A stretch of DNA of 64,000 nt from Camelus dromedarius (Eukaryota). A program made the translations under genes and the position numbers. This document shows, piece by piece, positions 48,343 through 60,514 of the stretch. The notes under the pieces were generated by a model. The model was not told the origin of the DNA. It saw nothing but the letters and a program-made list of their open reading frames with translations, and searched no databases. The stretch spans positions 18,726,001 to 18,790,000 of the forward strand of contig NC_087436.1 in the NCBI RefSeq assembly GCF_036321535.1. The letters are read 5' to 3'. Positions within the stretch are counted from its first letter, which is position 1; every line of letters starts with the position of its first letter.

Positions 48343-49280
48343 CAGTGGGACCCTTAGTGTGATCCACAGACTGGTACTGCCAGCCAGACTGCTTGTGAGA
48401 AGTTTGTGACCAGACACAATAACTGAGAGTGTTTAACTTTTTGCACAACTGAAAAAAAACTTGGCGGTGTAATTTTATGTCTGTTTAATTTAATGATAAA
48501 AACAATGGCATTTGTATTTTCTCTGTCTTTTGTTTTTCTTTTTTATTTCTTCCTTTATTGAGTTATAATTGAAAAATGAAACTGTATCTATTTAAAGTGT
48601 ACAGTGATGATTTGACATATGTGTGCATTTTGAAGGTCACCATAATCAGGTTAAGTAACATACCCATCACCTCATATAGTTTTTTTTTTTTTGATACTGA
48701 GAACACTTAAGATCTACTCTCTTAGCAAATTTCAAGTATACAAGATAATATTAACTATAGTCACGATGCTGTACATTAGATTCCCCAGAACTTACTCATC
48801 TTATAACTTAAGGGTTGTATTGTTTGATGAGTATCTCCCTGTCTCCCTCACCCCTGAGTGCCTGGTAACCACCATTCTACTCTGTGAGTTTGACTTTTTA
48901 AAATTTTTAAGATTCCACACATAAGTGAGATCATACAGTATTAGTCTTTTCTCTGGCTTCTTTCTCTCAGCATAATGTCCTCTAGGTTCATCCATGGTAT
49001 TGCAGATGGCAGGATTTCTCTTTTCTCATGGCTGAATAATACTCCGTTGTTGTATGTTATCTTTCCATCATCTGTCTATCTTACATCTTTCTTATCCATC
49101 CAGTGGATACTTAGGTTGTTTTCATATCTTGGCTATTGTGGCAAATAAACATAGGTGTTTTTATTTATTTCTCTGGTAATTCATCTCCATTTTATTTTTC
49201 AAAAATGTCTGCCTATTTTGGATTGAAAATTAAAAAAAAAACAAAACTGGTCTTGCACCACAGATAGTTTTAGAACACTG
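48343..49280. mobile_element. hAT-Charlie non-autonomous element split by an L1
   Basis: CAGTG...CACTG termini, ACTGGTCTTGCACCACAGATAGTTT; TSD-like CCCTAAAC / TGCTAAAT. Confidence 0.72.
48537..49160 (-). mobile_element. L1MA-type 3' fragment
   Basis: GAGAACACTTAAGATCTACTCTCTTAGCAAATTTCAAGTATAC...AGATTCCACACATAAGTGAGATCATACAGTA. Confidence 0.92.
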
Positions 49281-49846
49281 TGCTAAATCACAGTCGTGTC
49301 AGGTTTGTTACTGAACTGAAAAAGATGTTTTTAAAAAGCACATTGAGTATGAAATACTGGATTGCAATATGTAAATTACAGCATTAGATACTTTTCAACC
49401 TTTGGTCAACTAGGTGAATAGAATTTAAAGGATTCTGGAGATTTGCAATCACATGGGGGCCATTTTTGCTTAATTTCAAGTGAGAAATTTTGCCAAAAAT
49501 CTGGGAGAGGTCAAGTCCTGCTAACTAGCCTAATAGTCGAATATCTTAACAAGGACATCATGAGGGTATCTTTCCTCAGTCTCTCATACAAGGAATTACT
49601 GTATAACTATTCATTCAATGACTGTTGAGCACCCAGAGTCATTCCCTGCATATTATGAAATGTTTCAAGAATACTAGCAGGGGTTGTCTGTATATGTACA
49701 GACATTCTTAGAGATGATTTAAATCCAAGCCCTTTGAGTTCCTTGAGTAACCCTGGCCTACTGAGTACATTTGCAGAATGTTCTAAGCTGACCGGACTTC
49801 AGCTGTGCTTTATCTGTTTTCCTGACCTCCTTATCTTTCACCCCAG

Positions 49847-49984
49847 TTTCCCCTGCTCCTACTTTTGGAATGGACCCAGAAGATAGCAAGTGGGACAGGA
49901 CAGTGGGAATCACAGAAGAGCACAGAAGCCGACCCCAGGACACAGCTGCAGAGGTGGCCTCCACCGCAGACGTCATTGGCTTTG
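49847..49984 (+). other. Candidate 138-nt spliced exon of an unidentified transcript
   Basis: Branch-like CCTGAC, pyrimidine tract and CAG acceptor; TTG|GTGAGT donor; GC/purine-rich sequence I cannot assign to a repeat; two of three frames open. Confidence 0.5.
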
Positions 49985-52447
49985 GTGAGTAGGCACGTAG
50001 ACATGGTGGGTGTGAGACCTCTGAGGACACACAGGCCTGCGTGAACACCAGTGTCATTTTAGCATGAAGTTAACAACATATGTGTAACATTGAAATCCAG
50101 TAATCCAGACCTTCATCCTCAATCAGCCAGTTTGATTCTCTGGAAGGAGAGAGCAAGAGCACAACTGAAATTCCTGCTAGAATCGTATTTGGTAAACATA
50201 ACCTCCGACATTCTGCATGATCTGCATGATCTTTTAGGAGTTCTAAAGTCATAGAGTGCCTTTATTAAATAACACAATCTTTTCTTTTTGTTTTGACTTC
50301 TTTTCATTTTCTTTATCTTGATTTATCACTAATAGGTTTGTTGTTGTCATAAAAGAGAAAGTTTCCATCATAGATGTCATTTGTGATGCCAGGTTGTAAA
50401 ACAGTCTGCTTTCCTGATGGATGTCCAGATAGGACTGGAGGAGGGAAGCCGAATCATTCAATCTCTGTCAGCAATTAGGCTGGACCCATAAACAAGAACA
50501 CATGTTGAGACCGAGGAACTGACTCGAACAGCTAGGAACTTCTTTACCAAGGTTTACTGAGTCCCGATTTTCCTCCCCGTGGTGTGCATGGGAGAAGTTG
50601 GGGAGGTCAAGAGAACATAAGCACGAGTCAGAGGGAGACGTGTAAAATAAACAGCAACATCTGGCAAATGACTTCCTCCCATGTACAGGGGAAGGACTCT
50701 TACTCAGGGTGGTGAATGTGAAATGTTTTTCTTGGCAGCATGTTAGCTTAGTGTTCATCAGATCTGGGAATGGGGTTCGCTTAGGTTTCTACTTCTCTTG
50801 CTGATGGTGTGGCCCTTAAGATCTGATGTTCACAACAGCAACCATCCATTTGGCCATTCTTCAGAATAATTAGATTTAACTTTGAAGTGTTTTCAAAAGA
50901 GATTTAAACATTAAAGACCTTATAATTCTTCATTATCTAAGCTTTTGTTTATCTTTTTAGTGAACTGTGTTATTTACATTGGAGAGGTCTAGCACTGCAT
51001 TTTTCTTTGCTCAATAGCAGAAAGAACATCACATTCTAACAATTCAGTATATCACTTCAAGCATACCAATATGGCAGAAGCCTCTGTAATCTATTAATGC
51101 ATAGCTATTCACATTAAATGATTAATAAGAAATTTAGCCTTTAGTAACTTAACATGTACTATTCTCTATCTCATCACTGACTTTCAGGCCTTTTCTTACC
51201 AAAATAGACATAATTTTATTGTTTTCAGAGACTAAAAAAAGAAAAACATGCATATTATATATCAATAAAATAAAACAAAAGTTTGTAAAGTAGAAAACTT
51301 CGTAGTTTTTTTTTTTTTTAACCCAGACCACATCAGGTGACAATTTCATGACGGTGTAACTCAGAAATAAAGTATTAAACAATTACTATTTTCATATGAC
51401 AATCATTATTTTAAAATTAATATAAAGATAGCAAAACTTTACAATTCAATTTACTATTGCAGGAGTTCTGAAATCTATTGCCTCTCAGTGCAGTAGGCTG
51501 AGAGGTGTTTTCTCTGTTGTGGGGAAGAGAGTGGGAGGATTGTGCATTTCTCTGAGGGGACAGCAGATAGATGTCCAATTAATTCCCCATCTTGCTGCTC
51601 TTTCCTGCCCCCATTTCTCAATCACTGACATTTATGAAAAGCAGATGGAAGCCAAGTGATTCACACATGGACTAATTCTACTTTATGTTATGGGAAACGT
51701 GGATGCCCTGGCTTCAGGATTTTTATGACGAAGTTTTTTTAGGTGCAGTCCAGTCACATAGTGAAACCATCTGTTTTTCTGAAGCTGCTTGTGCTTCTTG
51801 ACCCAGGACTCTCAGAGAGGCTCAGAGACTTCAGGTGGGGAACAGTGTCCATGACCTACAGGGAGAAGGGTAAAATTCTGGGGGTCCCCACCTGGGAGAG
51901 ATGGCTCAGCAATTCCCTATGAGTGCAAAAACCTGTCACAGACTCAGACCCTTAAATGTGCCACCTCTACCCCATGTTTTAGGAAAAAAAGCAGTGTAAA
52001 GACTGTACAATATACCTTTTTCAAGTGGTTATAGTGGCATTTAGAGAGGAGAGAGGCTATCTCTACTTGGTGACGTTTGACGCAAGAAGTAACATTTGAG
52101 TTAGCGATGAGGTTGGTGGTAAACCTATGAAGAGGAAATCATGTTCAACAGTCGTTAACTTTTAAAAATGATGAGGTGTCCTGTGCTCCTGACTCTGTGG
52201 CTCTTTCTGGAGCCCTAGACCCACACGACCACTGGCCACGCCATGTCCCTCCTCAGGTGTAGCACAAATGTGGCCCTTTAGAACAGAAAGTAGCTCAAGG
52301 AAGTTTATTACAGAGATCCAGGACTCTAATTAACCCCAGAGGGAGAAATGCAACCATAAGAAGGCAAGGGAGCCGAGGTTTGGTTCGCAGTCTGGGACTT
52401 TGTGCCTTGTCTCTGCTGCTCGTTTGCACTAGTGGATGCAGTGTCTC

Positions 52448-52947
52448 TGTGACCAAACTCTGGTTTGGCTGTTCGTTGCTTGAAAGCCAATAATTCAAGA
52501 GGCAAGTGTTGGTAGAAAGGAAAAGGGCTTTAACCAGAAAAGCTGGTAATATGGGGAGATGGTAGACTTCTGTCCAGAGACCAACTCTGCAGATTCTGCT
52601 CAGCCATGATCATTTTTAAAAGGAAAAATGAGGGTAAGAATCTCAGTGAATCATCGAGGCAGGAGGTTGGATTCTGCATCCTTCTCCATTGCGGGACAGT
52701 CTGGCTGACTCTCTTCAGAAGTTCCCTTGCCCTTGTGACCTGCCTGCAGGATTGCTAAGGAGGCTTCTGAGGGTGGAAAACTAATAAAAGAATCAACAGA
52801 TTAAATAAGGCGGGGTTTGCATTCAGGAGAGCATAATTCAGGAGTTAGTTTCAATTGCTTAGTGATCTCATTCCTATAATGAGGTTCTTTTAAGGTTAGA
52901 GGGGGACAGAATGGGTGAACAGGAAAGGGACAAAAGAGACATTTTCA
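52448..52947 (-). mobile_element. ERV1-type solo LTR (500 bp)
   Basis: TG...CA termini, perfect 4-bp TSD TCTC (52444-52447 / 52948-52951); GAAAGCCAATAATTCAAGAGGCAAGTGTTGGTAGAAAGGAAA reads as antisense U5/R-type sequence. Confidence 0.88.
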
Positions 52948-53364
52948 TCTCTGCACTGCAGTGAATGTGGAAGTCCATGGCACCCCCATTGCTCACATAA
53001 ATACTTAATTTTTATTTATGCGTTTAATGTAAGTCATTCTTCCCCTCATTGAGACTGTCAGGTTTCAGATCTTTGTGTTCTTCCAGGTAGGGACTTACCT
53101 CCTTATGGAGAGTATGTACTTTTCTTTTGCCTCTGAGAAATGTCCTTTTTTTCCCCTTGGATCTTGCATCCCTGTTCAAGAATCCAGTTCTGCACACGTG
53201 AGTCCTTTCCTGAATAGCCGGTAGACACTAACGTTGCATTTCTAATGCCAGTCTTGTGGACTCTTGCCCAAGATTTGCATTATATTTTTTACCTGCCTGC
53301 CCCTTTCTACTCTCTCTACCACTGACTCCACCTGCTTGAACACATTGTCTTTTAGAGCCTGACT

Positions 53365-54268
53365 TAGGAAACACCCTCCCTCCCATGTGTTGCTCTTACT
53401 TTCAGAGTACTGCCAACACTCTGATGCTAGATGTGGGTGGGCAGTTCCGATGGCAAGCAATTCTCTGGGATTCCAGCTGAGTATCCTACAATTTAACTCA
53501 GTTCTGACACTATCTACACAAAGATAGCATCAGATCCCACAGGTCCAGGGCAACCTTGAGAGTGCCCCCCCACTTCAGATGCCAATAACAAGTAGTCAGT
53601 CCCCAGGTTACCCAGTTCTGTTCAGCTGGGCTGCAGATGGGAGGTTTCCATGACCTTTGCCCCCTTGGATTCGATTATTTGCTTGAACAGCTCAGGGAGC
53701 TCAGGGAAACATGCTGAGCATTTTATGTTACAATAAATGATACAGTTGAACAGCCAGATGAAGAGATGCACAGGGCAAGATACGTGGGAAGAGGGGCGGA
53801 ACTTCCATGCCCTCTCTGGGTGCACCGCTTCCCCAGCACCTCCACGTGTTCAGCAGCCCAGAAGCTCTCCAAATCTTGTACTTGTGGGATTTTTTTTGGA
53901 GGCTTCATCCCATAGCCATGGTCCATCACCAACTCCACTTCTAGCCCCCCGTGCCTTCTCTGGAGAATGGGAGGTGGGGCTGACAATTCAAAGCAGCTGT
54001 TCATGGCTTGGTCTTTCTGGTGACTAGCCCCCATCCAGGAGCTATCAAAGAGCCCACTCGACGTGACCTCATAAGAACAAGACAGTCCTGTCATGCAGGA
54101 AGTTCCAAGGGATTTAGGAATTTTGTGGCAGGAACCAAGATCAAAGACAAATTTCAGGGGGGAAAAAGATGCTCCTAGTACTCTTATCATTTAGAAAATT
54201 ACAAGGATCTTAGGAGCTCTGTGCAGGAACTGGAGGGAGAGGCTGATACGTGTATTTTCTATTTCACA
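53365..54268 (-). mobile_element. MER21-like solo LTR
   Basis: CCAGCTGAGTATCCTACAATTTAACTCAGTTCTGACACTATCTAC...GTTCAGCAGCCCAGAAGCTCTCC...TAGGAGCTCTGTGC...TTCACA. Confidence 0.88.
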
Positions 54269-54489
54269 GACCCCTTACTGAATTATCCCCAAGCCGCAAG
54301 TTTTCTAGATACGCCTACAGTCCTTGATCTGATGCTTCCTGCCACCTGTATTTTTCTTTTAATGGTCTTTAAATACATTCTCCTATACTGTTGATATTTG
54401 GGTCTATGCCTCATCTCTGCTACAATATTATTTTTGAGAATAAAATATTTTATTTCCTTTAGAATATTTATCAAAAGTAGTTTAAAATT

Positions 54490-54665
54490 CAGTCTGCTAC
54501 AATATTTAATGTAATATTTAGGGCCACTATGTGAGAAAAACCCTGTTATCTCCATTTTACAAGTGATAACATAGAAGCTTTCACAAAGGATATCATGCCT
54601 GATGCCAGTGACCCATTGGTGGTAGAAGAATGATTCAAACCTAGGTCTTCTCTCCTCTGTGTCAC
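54490..54665 (-). mobile_element. MIR remnant
   Basis: CTGTTATCTCCATTTTACAAGTGA...GATTCAAACCTAGGTCT. Confidence 0.7.
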
Positions 54666-54909
54666 AGAGAAGGAGAACAGAGAGGCCCCACGGGCCAGAC
54701 ATTGACCTTATCACTGAGGACATGCAGTTTGTCTAGAAGCCTTTCTTGCAATGTGGAAAATTCTCATAATTGATGGATACTTAAGAGCTGCTTTGACAAT
54801 TATGTTCAGCTTCTCAAAGTAATGGATTTCACTAAGATGAACACATAATTCTAGTTACCAAGGGAGTCTCCGCTCTTTATTTCTGTTCTTTCCTTTTATC
54901 TATTCAAAG

Positions 54910-55067
54910 AGAGATAAACTACCTAAATTTCAAATTGTCCCTGGGAGAATCTTTGTTACAAAAATATCCTGGGAAATGGTCATTATGACTTAGAGAACCC
55001 ACACTTGGTGGGGAGGGGAGCGAATTTAGAGCTAATTTTCTAAGGAATCATTGTTTCTTATTGAAAG
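54910..55067 (+). other. Candidate 158-nt non-coding exon
   Basis: ~30-nt pyrimidine tract plus AAG acceptor; consensus AAG|GTAAGT donor; stop codons in all three frames. Confidence 0.42.
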
Positions 55068-55609
55068 GTAAGTTCAAAAGTATCTCTTTATTATTTTTCA
55101 TTTAATCTCATCCCAAATGGCCAATATTCAGTTCCCCACCATCTGCAGTTATCACAATGAGCCATTTTAACTGAAGATGGAGCATATATAACTAGTATAT
55201 GTGAATGAAAGGGTACTCGAATAATGCATGTTGGTCTCTTTATAGCATCATCGTGGCTTTATATGCATTTAGGAAATTCATTTTTATTGTTCAATCTGTG
55301 ACTGACCAACAATGTGCTCAAAACACAAAATTGCAAACTTATACTAGAAGATGGTAAAACAGGCATGCTAGCTTTGGGTTTCTCAAAGGGAATTAAATTT
55401 GGATTTGTCAAGGGGGAAATTTACAGATTTGATAAGTCATGAAGAAGATTGTCATACAGTAAGAATTGAAACTGATTCTAATAAGGCAACCCAAAGGATA
55501 TTAATTTAGGTACACAGCTACTATTGAAACAAATATGAATATAGAAGATAAGGTTGTATATTTGCAATCTCTTTCAGCTCTAAAAATGTCAATAACAGTA
55601 ACAGATACT

Positions 55610-56900
55610 TGTGCAAAAGAGAGGGAGAAGGAAGAGCCAGGGAGACAGCAGGAAAGTCAGAAGAGTGAGCATCATTAGAGCCAAAGGAAAAGGGTGCTTT
55701 AAGGGGAAGAGACTGACTGACAGTCTTGAAGATAACGCAGCAAGGAAGACAAAGTCAAAAATCGTTAGAACTGTAAGACATCAGAGCTCTTAGTGTAGTT
55801 GTACTGGAGTGTCAGGGGTCATAGAGTGAGATGGACAGAGGAAATGTGTAAGTGGTAAGTAAATGGAATTAAGGATTAAAAAAATCTTTTGAGACTATTT
55901 TTGCAGAGGAGAAAAGATGTCCTAAAAGGAGATGAAAAAGAGATATATATTAAGAAAAGTTTTGATTACTTTTTAATGGAAAAAAACTTGAGCATGCTTA
56001 AAAGCCAATGACAAGGATTCATTTGACAGGGGAATTGAATATTAAAGAGGAAAAAAAGGTAATCAATAGCTCCTAAAGTTCCTGAGAAAGTGAAGAACAT
56101 AGCATTTAAGGCAAAGTGGAAGAGTTGGTCTTATACAATGTCAAAGTCCTTCACTGTTGCAGGAAGGAAGGATGAGAATACTTGTAGGGAGATTTGTAGA
56201 TTGGTCATGCGTAGCTGGGGAATTAGCAAGAATGTTACTGGAATATCATGGACCCCAGCATCTATTAGATAAGGAGGGAGGTTAGAAAGTTGTGGAAGAA
56301 TGGTCACAGCAAGAAAACTAGAAGAAAAGAGGTTCTGACCAGAGAGTCGGGTGCTTAATCTAGTGCTTTTGGGACTGGAGCAATTCCAGATGATGACAGG
56401 GTTCCAGGTGGAACCCAGAAATATGTGCTGATGTGAAGCATTGGAGAATGTGATTGGAAACAATTGGTTAAGAAGCTGAGAGGCCAGCTTCGTTCGACTG
56501 TCCCCATGGTTGTTGCAGTCCTCCTAAGAGATGACAATGCCTTGGAAAGAAGAAGTGGCAAAGGCTGGTGGATGAAAGAGAGTTGATGAAAGATTTGAAG
56601 CCTAGAGGGATAAGAAGTAGGAGAAAGTCATAGCGTTGGATGACATGGCCCCAACAGAACAGGGTGTTTTACTCAAAAAGGAGGACAGCAGCTGGGAAGA
56701 AGGAAGATGGCAACTTCATCTCCTGACTCTGATGTCCTTGGAGTGTGTAAGAAAAAGCAGTCATCTCTGCAGAAGTTTGCAGAGAAATTTGTATCTTTAG
56801 GGGAAAGCTGGGGTTTAGATATGGTAAGGAGATGGGGGAACATTTAGAGAAGATTAATAGAGATTTTGTTGATTTTGGAGCAGTAATTCTAGAGGGCAGA
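55610..56900 (-). mobile_element. Degenerate L2 remnant
   Basis: Purine-rich GGAAAGTCAGAAGAGTGAGCATCATTAGAGCCAAAGGAAAAGGGTGCTTTAAGG typical of antisense L2. Confidence 0.55.
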
Positions 56901-56971
56901 GTGGGAAAGTCTATGGGAGGGCAGCTCTGGGGAAGGAAATAGAGCTACTAGGGACAAATGGTGTGTCAGAG

Positions 56972-57130
56972 CAGAGCTTCTCAAATTATAATGTGTATCC
57001 CAATGGCCCTGCTCAAGTGCAGATTGTTACTCAGTAAATCTGGGGTGAGGATTGAGATTCTGCAAGCTCATTTCTAACAAGCTCCTAGGTGATGTCAGTG
57101 TTTTTGCTCCCAGACAACTACTTTCTCAAA
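56972..57130. mobile_element. MER5A-like MITE
   Basis: TGCAGATTGTTACTCAGTAAATCTGGGGTG...ATTTCTAACAAGCTCCTAGGTGATG. Confidence 0.8.
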
Positions 57131-57209
57131 GTATCAGACAGCACATTTGTTCTATTTGGATGGAGGGTGTGCAGTTACTTTCGGTGGTGACTGAAGGAAA
57201 TAGGGATAC

Positions 57210-57435
57210 TATTAATTAACATTTATTAGACTTACTATATGCCAGAGACTCTTTTCATATGGGTTACATATATCAACTTACATAATCCTTCTAACAACCC
57301 TTTGAGGTAGATCCAATTATTACTCCCTTTTACAGATGAGTAAACTGAGGCACACACTAAAGGGTGAACATCTGGTTATGATAGAGCCAGGATTTGAAGC
57401 TGGGCAAGGTTGACCAGAGCTGACATGCTTTGCTG
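57210..57435 (-). mobile_element. MIR SINE
   Basis: AACATTTATTAGACTTACTATATGCCAG...TTTTACAGATGAGTAAACTGAGGCAC...AGAGCCAGGATTTGAA. Confidence 0.88.
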
Positions 57436-58419
57436 TTTATGAGAGGCACAGAAGTTTAGTTTCAAGGGTCTATATGAGAAGAATGAGCCCTGGGACTAGT
57501 GACCAGAGGTCTTATCTCTCTTAGCAGGTGCTTCAGACATTTAAATCTAAAGACATAAACAGTCCTTTGTTACAAAAATTCTATCGCACAGGGTATCATC
57601 TGTTAGATAATTTGGAATTTACAATTTGGGAATTTGCAATGATTTGAAACTTCTATTTTCATAGATACGTGAACATAGCTCTAAATTTAAATGAGCATCT
57701 GTAAGATAAGTTACAACTACTCATGTACTAGTTAAATGCAATCATTTGCTTATTGATTCTCCCAGATCTTGCTCGTGTGTTAGAAACAGGATGGTGGCCA
57801 ACCACCCCAGTTCTCCTATGCCCCACCATATTACACTTGGATAAAAATTCTTCTCTATTATTTGGCCATCTTTTAGTGACCATGTGTGGGGGCACTACTT
57901 GTAAAATCTTCCATACTTTGGTACTTGTAAAATCTTTCATAGCCTTCTCGAAGAGGTTGGAGGCACTCAGAAGGACTCTGGAAATGAAAATCCTACTATG
58001 ACAACTGGAAGGTGAAATCTCCATCTCCATCAAGTTGGCAAGTCAGTCAGATTCTTTTGGCAAACTGGTAACATTCTTTCCAGTTCATCTTTCACTGGAT
58101 TTCTTCCTAAGGGAATCTACAAAGAGAGTAAGGAATAGAAAGATCCTTTATCTTAATGAAAAAAAAAATTCAAGTTGTTTTTTCTTTGTCAAGACATTCA
58201 CTCCTCTAGAAAGGTGATACTGCTTTAAGGCAAGGGATTCAAGTAGGGATTCAAACTCAGTGAAAGAGATCATCCTTTCCTTAATTCATACAATATTTAG
58301 CTAGAATTTTCTTATTGTAGGTCTTAAACCTAAAGATTTCAGAGCTCATATGTCATTATTAAATAATCTGGTGTCAGGTCTCTGCTAGAAAACAATTCAT
58401 AGATTAAAAGAGTAGTGGC

Positions 58420-58697
58420 AGACATAGAAAACAAACTTATGGTTACCAGAGAGGGAAGGAGAGAGGAGGGATAAATTAGAAGTTTGGAATTTTCAAATCC
58501 TAACCACTATATATAAGATAGAGAGACAATAAGGTCCTACTATTTAGCACAGGGAACTATATTCAATGCCTTTTAATAGCCTATTATGATAAAGAATGTG
58601 AAAAAGAATCAATCTATCTATCTATCTATCTAAATCACTATGCTATACACTAGAAACTAACACAACATTGTAAATCAATTGTACTTCAAAAAAAAAA
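58420..58697 (+). mobile_element. L1 3'UTR fragment with polyA
   Basis: GACATAGAAAACAAACTTATGGTTACCA...AGCACAGGGAACTATATTCAA; TSD AAAAGAGTAGTGGC / AAAAGAGCAGTGGC (58406-58419 / 58698-58711). Confidence 0.93.
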
Positions 58698-58962
58698 AAA
58701 AGAGCAGTGGCTCAAGAATTGTGAAATTCTTAAATGGTGTCTGTATTAAGTTTTAGATCTGTCACATTCCCAAAATCAAACTCTGGAAAGGGTAAGTGGA
58801 GTGAAAGATGAAAGTTAGGCAGAAAATTCTCCTTTGGAATGTAACTTCTTTCCCCAAGTTGGTAACACTCTATCTGGAGCAGAATATCAAACACCCCTGT
58901 AGGTTGTTTCCATGAATGGCAACTTCAGCCTTTAGAAATGCTTAATGCAATAACTATGTTTT

Positions 58963-59138
58963 TTTTTTTAGAGATATTTTATTTATTTGTTATTGTATTA
59001 GTTGATTATTTTATTTTGTTGGGGTATTGGGGGAGGTAATTCGATTTTATTCATTTTTAGAGAAGGTACTGGGGACTGAACCCAGGCCCTTGTGCGTGCT
59101 AAGCATGCAGCTCTACCACTTGAGCTATACCCTCCCAG
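58963..59138 (-). mobile_element. Camelid tRNA-derived SINE (Vic-1 type)
   Basis: CTCTACCACTTGAGCTATACCCTCCC; perfect 14-bp TSD AATAACTATGTTTT (58949-58962 / 59139-59152). Confidence 0.95.
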
Positions 59139-59329
59139 AATAACTATGTTTTAAGGGAAATAAAATAAATACTTTTGATGACCAGTGATAATATGTAAAG
59201 AGCGTGCAATTGTGTTAGTATCAATATTCAAACTAATGCTTTGTTTACTTAAAAGGATAGCTTGTTGTCTTTATTGAGCACAATTATCTTCTACTTTGGA
59301 ACAATCCAATAGCTTATTCACTCATATCC

Positions 59330-59650
59330 CATTTTCCATTATACTCCCCTACAGTCCATGCTCCATACAGCAGCCACAGAACTTTAAAAAAACAAACAAG
59401 AAGGATATCAGATTCCATTGTTGCTTGTCCTAAAACTTTACAATGTTTCCTCTGTGCAGTTAGAAAAAAATCCAAGCTCCTTATGTGGTGCAACCCTTTA
59501 TTAATTCTCTGCCTTTTCTCACACGACTGTCCCTTTGGTTGCATCGTGGCAGCCCTGACAACTGGCTTGGGCTAGCTCCCCTCTTGGGGTCACTGCATTT
59601 GCCCCCTTCCTGCTGCCTGGAATGCTCCTTCTCAGATCTTCATGTGTCTT
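59330..59650 (+). mobile_element. L2 remnant
   Basis: CTCCATACAGCAGCCACAG...AAAACTTTACAATGTTTCC...CTGCCTGGAATGCTC. Confidence 0.72.
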
Positions 59651-60514
59651 TCGGAATTCTCAGATTGCTAGATTTTTGACAGTGCTTCAGTTTAGTGTAA
59701 ACTAAGAGCCATGATCATTTAGTTTTCATTTTGCTGACATAATAATTCACTTTACAACAATGTTTAGTATTTTCAAGGAATCATAAAGAGTCCTAAAACT
59801 TTAATATTTTTATTTCTTTTAATAAGAATATATGCTTAAAATAATATCTATTATGCATTTCTATACCTTAGAAAATAGGATTTATAATGACAAATGAACC
59901 ATTTCTTGGTGACACAGGGTCATGAGCATATGTAATTATTATTGTGGTCTGATACAAAAATGTTCTCTGAGACTACTGAGGATCTTTGCCCTTTCACTAA
60001 ATTATCCCATGCTGCATTTTGAGTTCTAAGATCTGTTGTTTTTTTAAATAGTTCTATTTTAAAAAAAACTATGCCTCTCTGTTAAGCTATGTCAGCTAAT
60101 ATATTTTATTGCTTTCAGTAATTCTCCCTAGCTCTATGCCCCTTTCTAGTTTTTTGCTTTTATTATGTTGTGTCTTAGAGAAATGGATTACTGAGCCAAA
60201 TAAAATTGTGCCCAAAATAAGAGAAAGTGGCTCTGAGTCACTTTTAAGTGCATTTTTACAGATGCAGTGCATACAGATCAGTGCAAGAAGTTACTAATAT
60301 GTAGTTTGGCTTTTTAGAAGTTTTTCAGAAGAGTTCTCCAATTTGATTTCTGGTTTTTGATTATTGGCTATTTCATGGCTATATAAGAGCTGGATAAGAT
60401 CCATGTAACTATCACTGTTTTCATTTTTATTTATTTATTTTAAGTTTCTTGCAGTTTTTGGCCCTGTAAGCATCTTGTGATTCTGATCAAGATCGGCTTG
60501 TAAATTTTTAAACT

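Noticed and set aside
53723..54723. 155-aa and 146-aa minus-strand ORFs
   Set aside because: They overlap a MER21-like LTR and a MIR/AT-rich stretch, and show no protein-like motifs.
58757..58797. AGG|GTAAGT donor with a possible 35-nt exon
   Set aside because: The acceptor lacks a real pyrimidine tract, and isolated donors are common.
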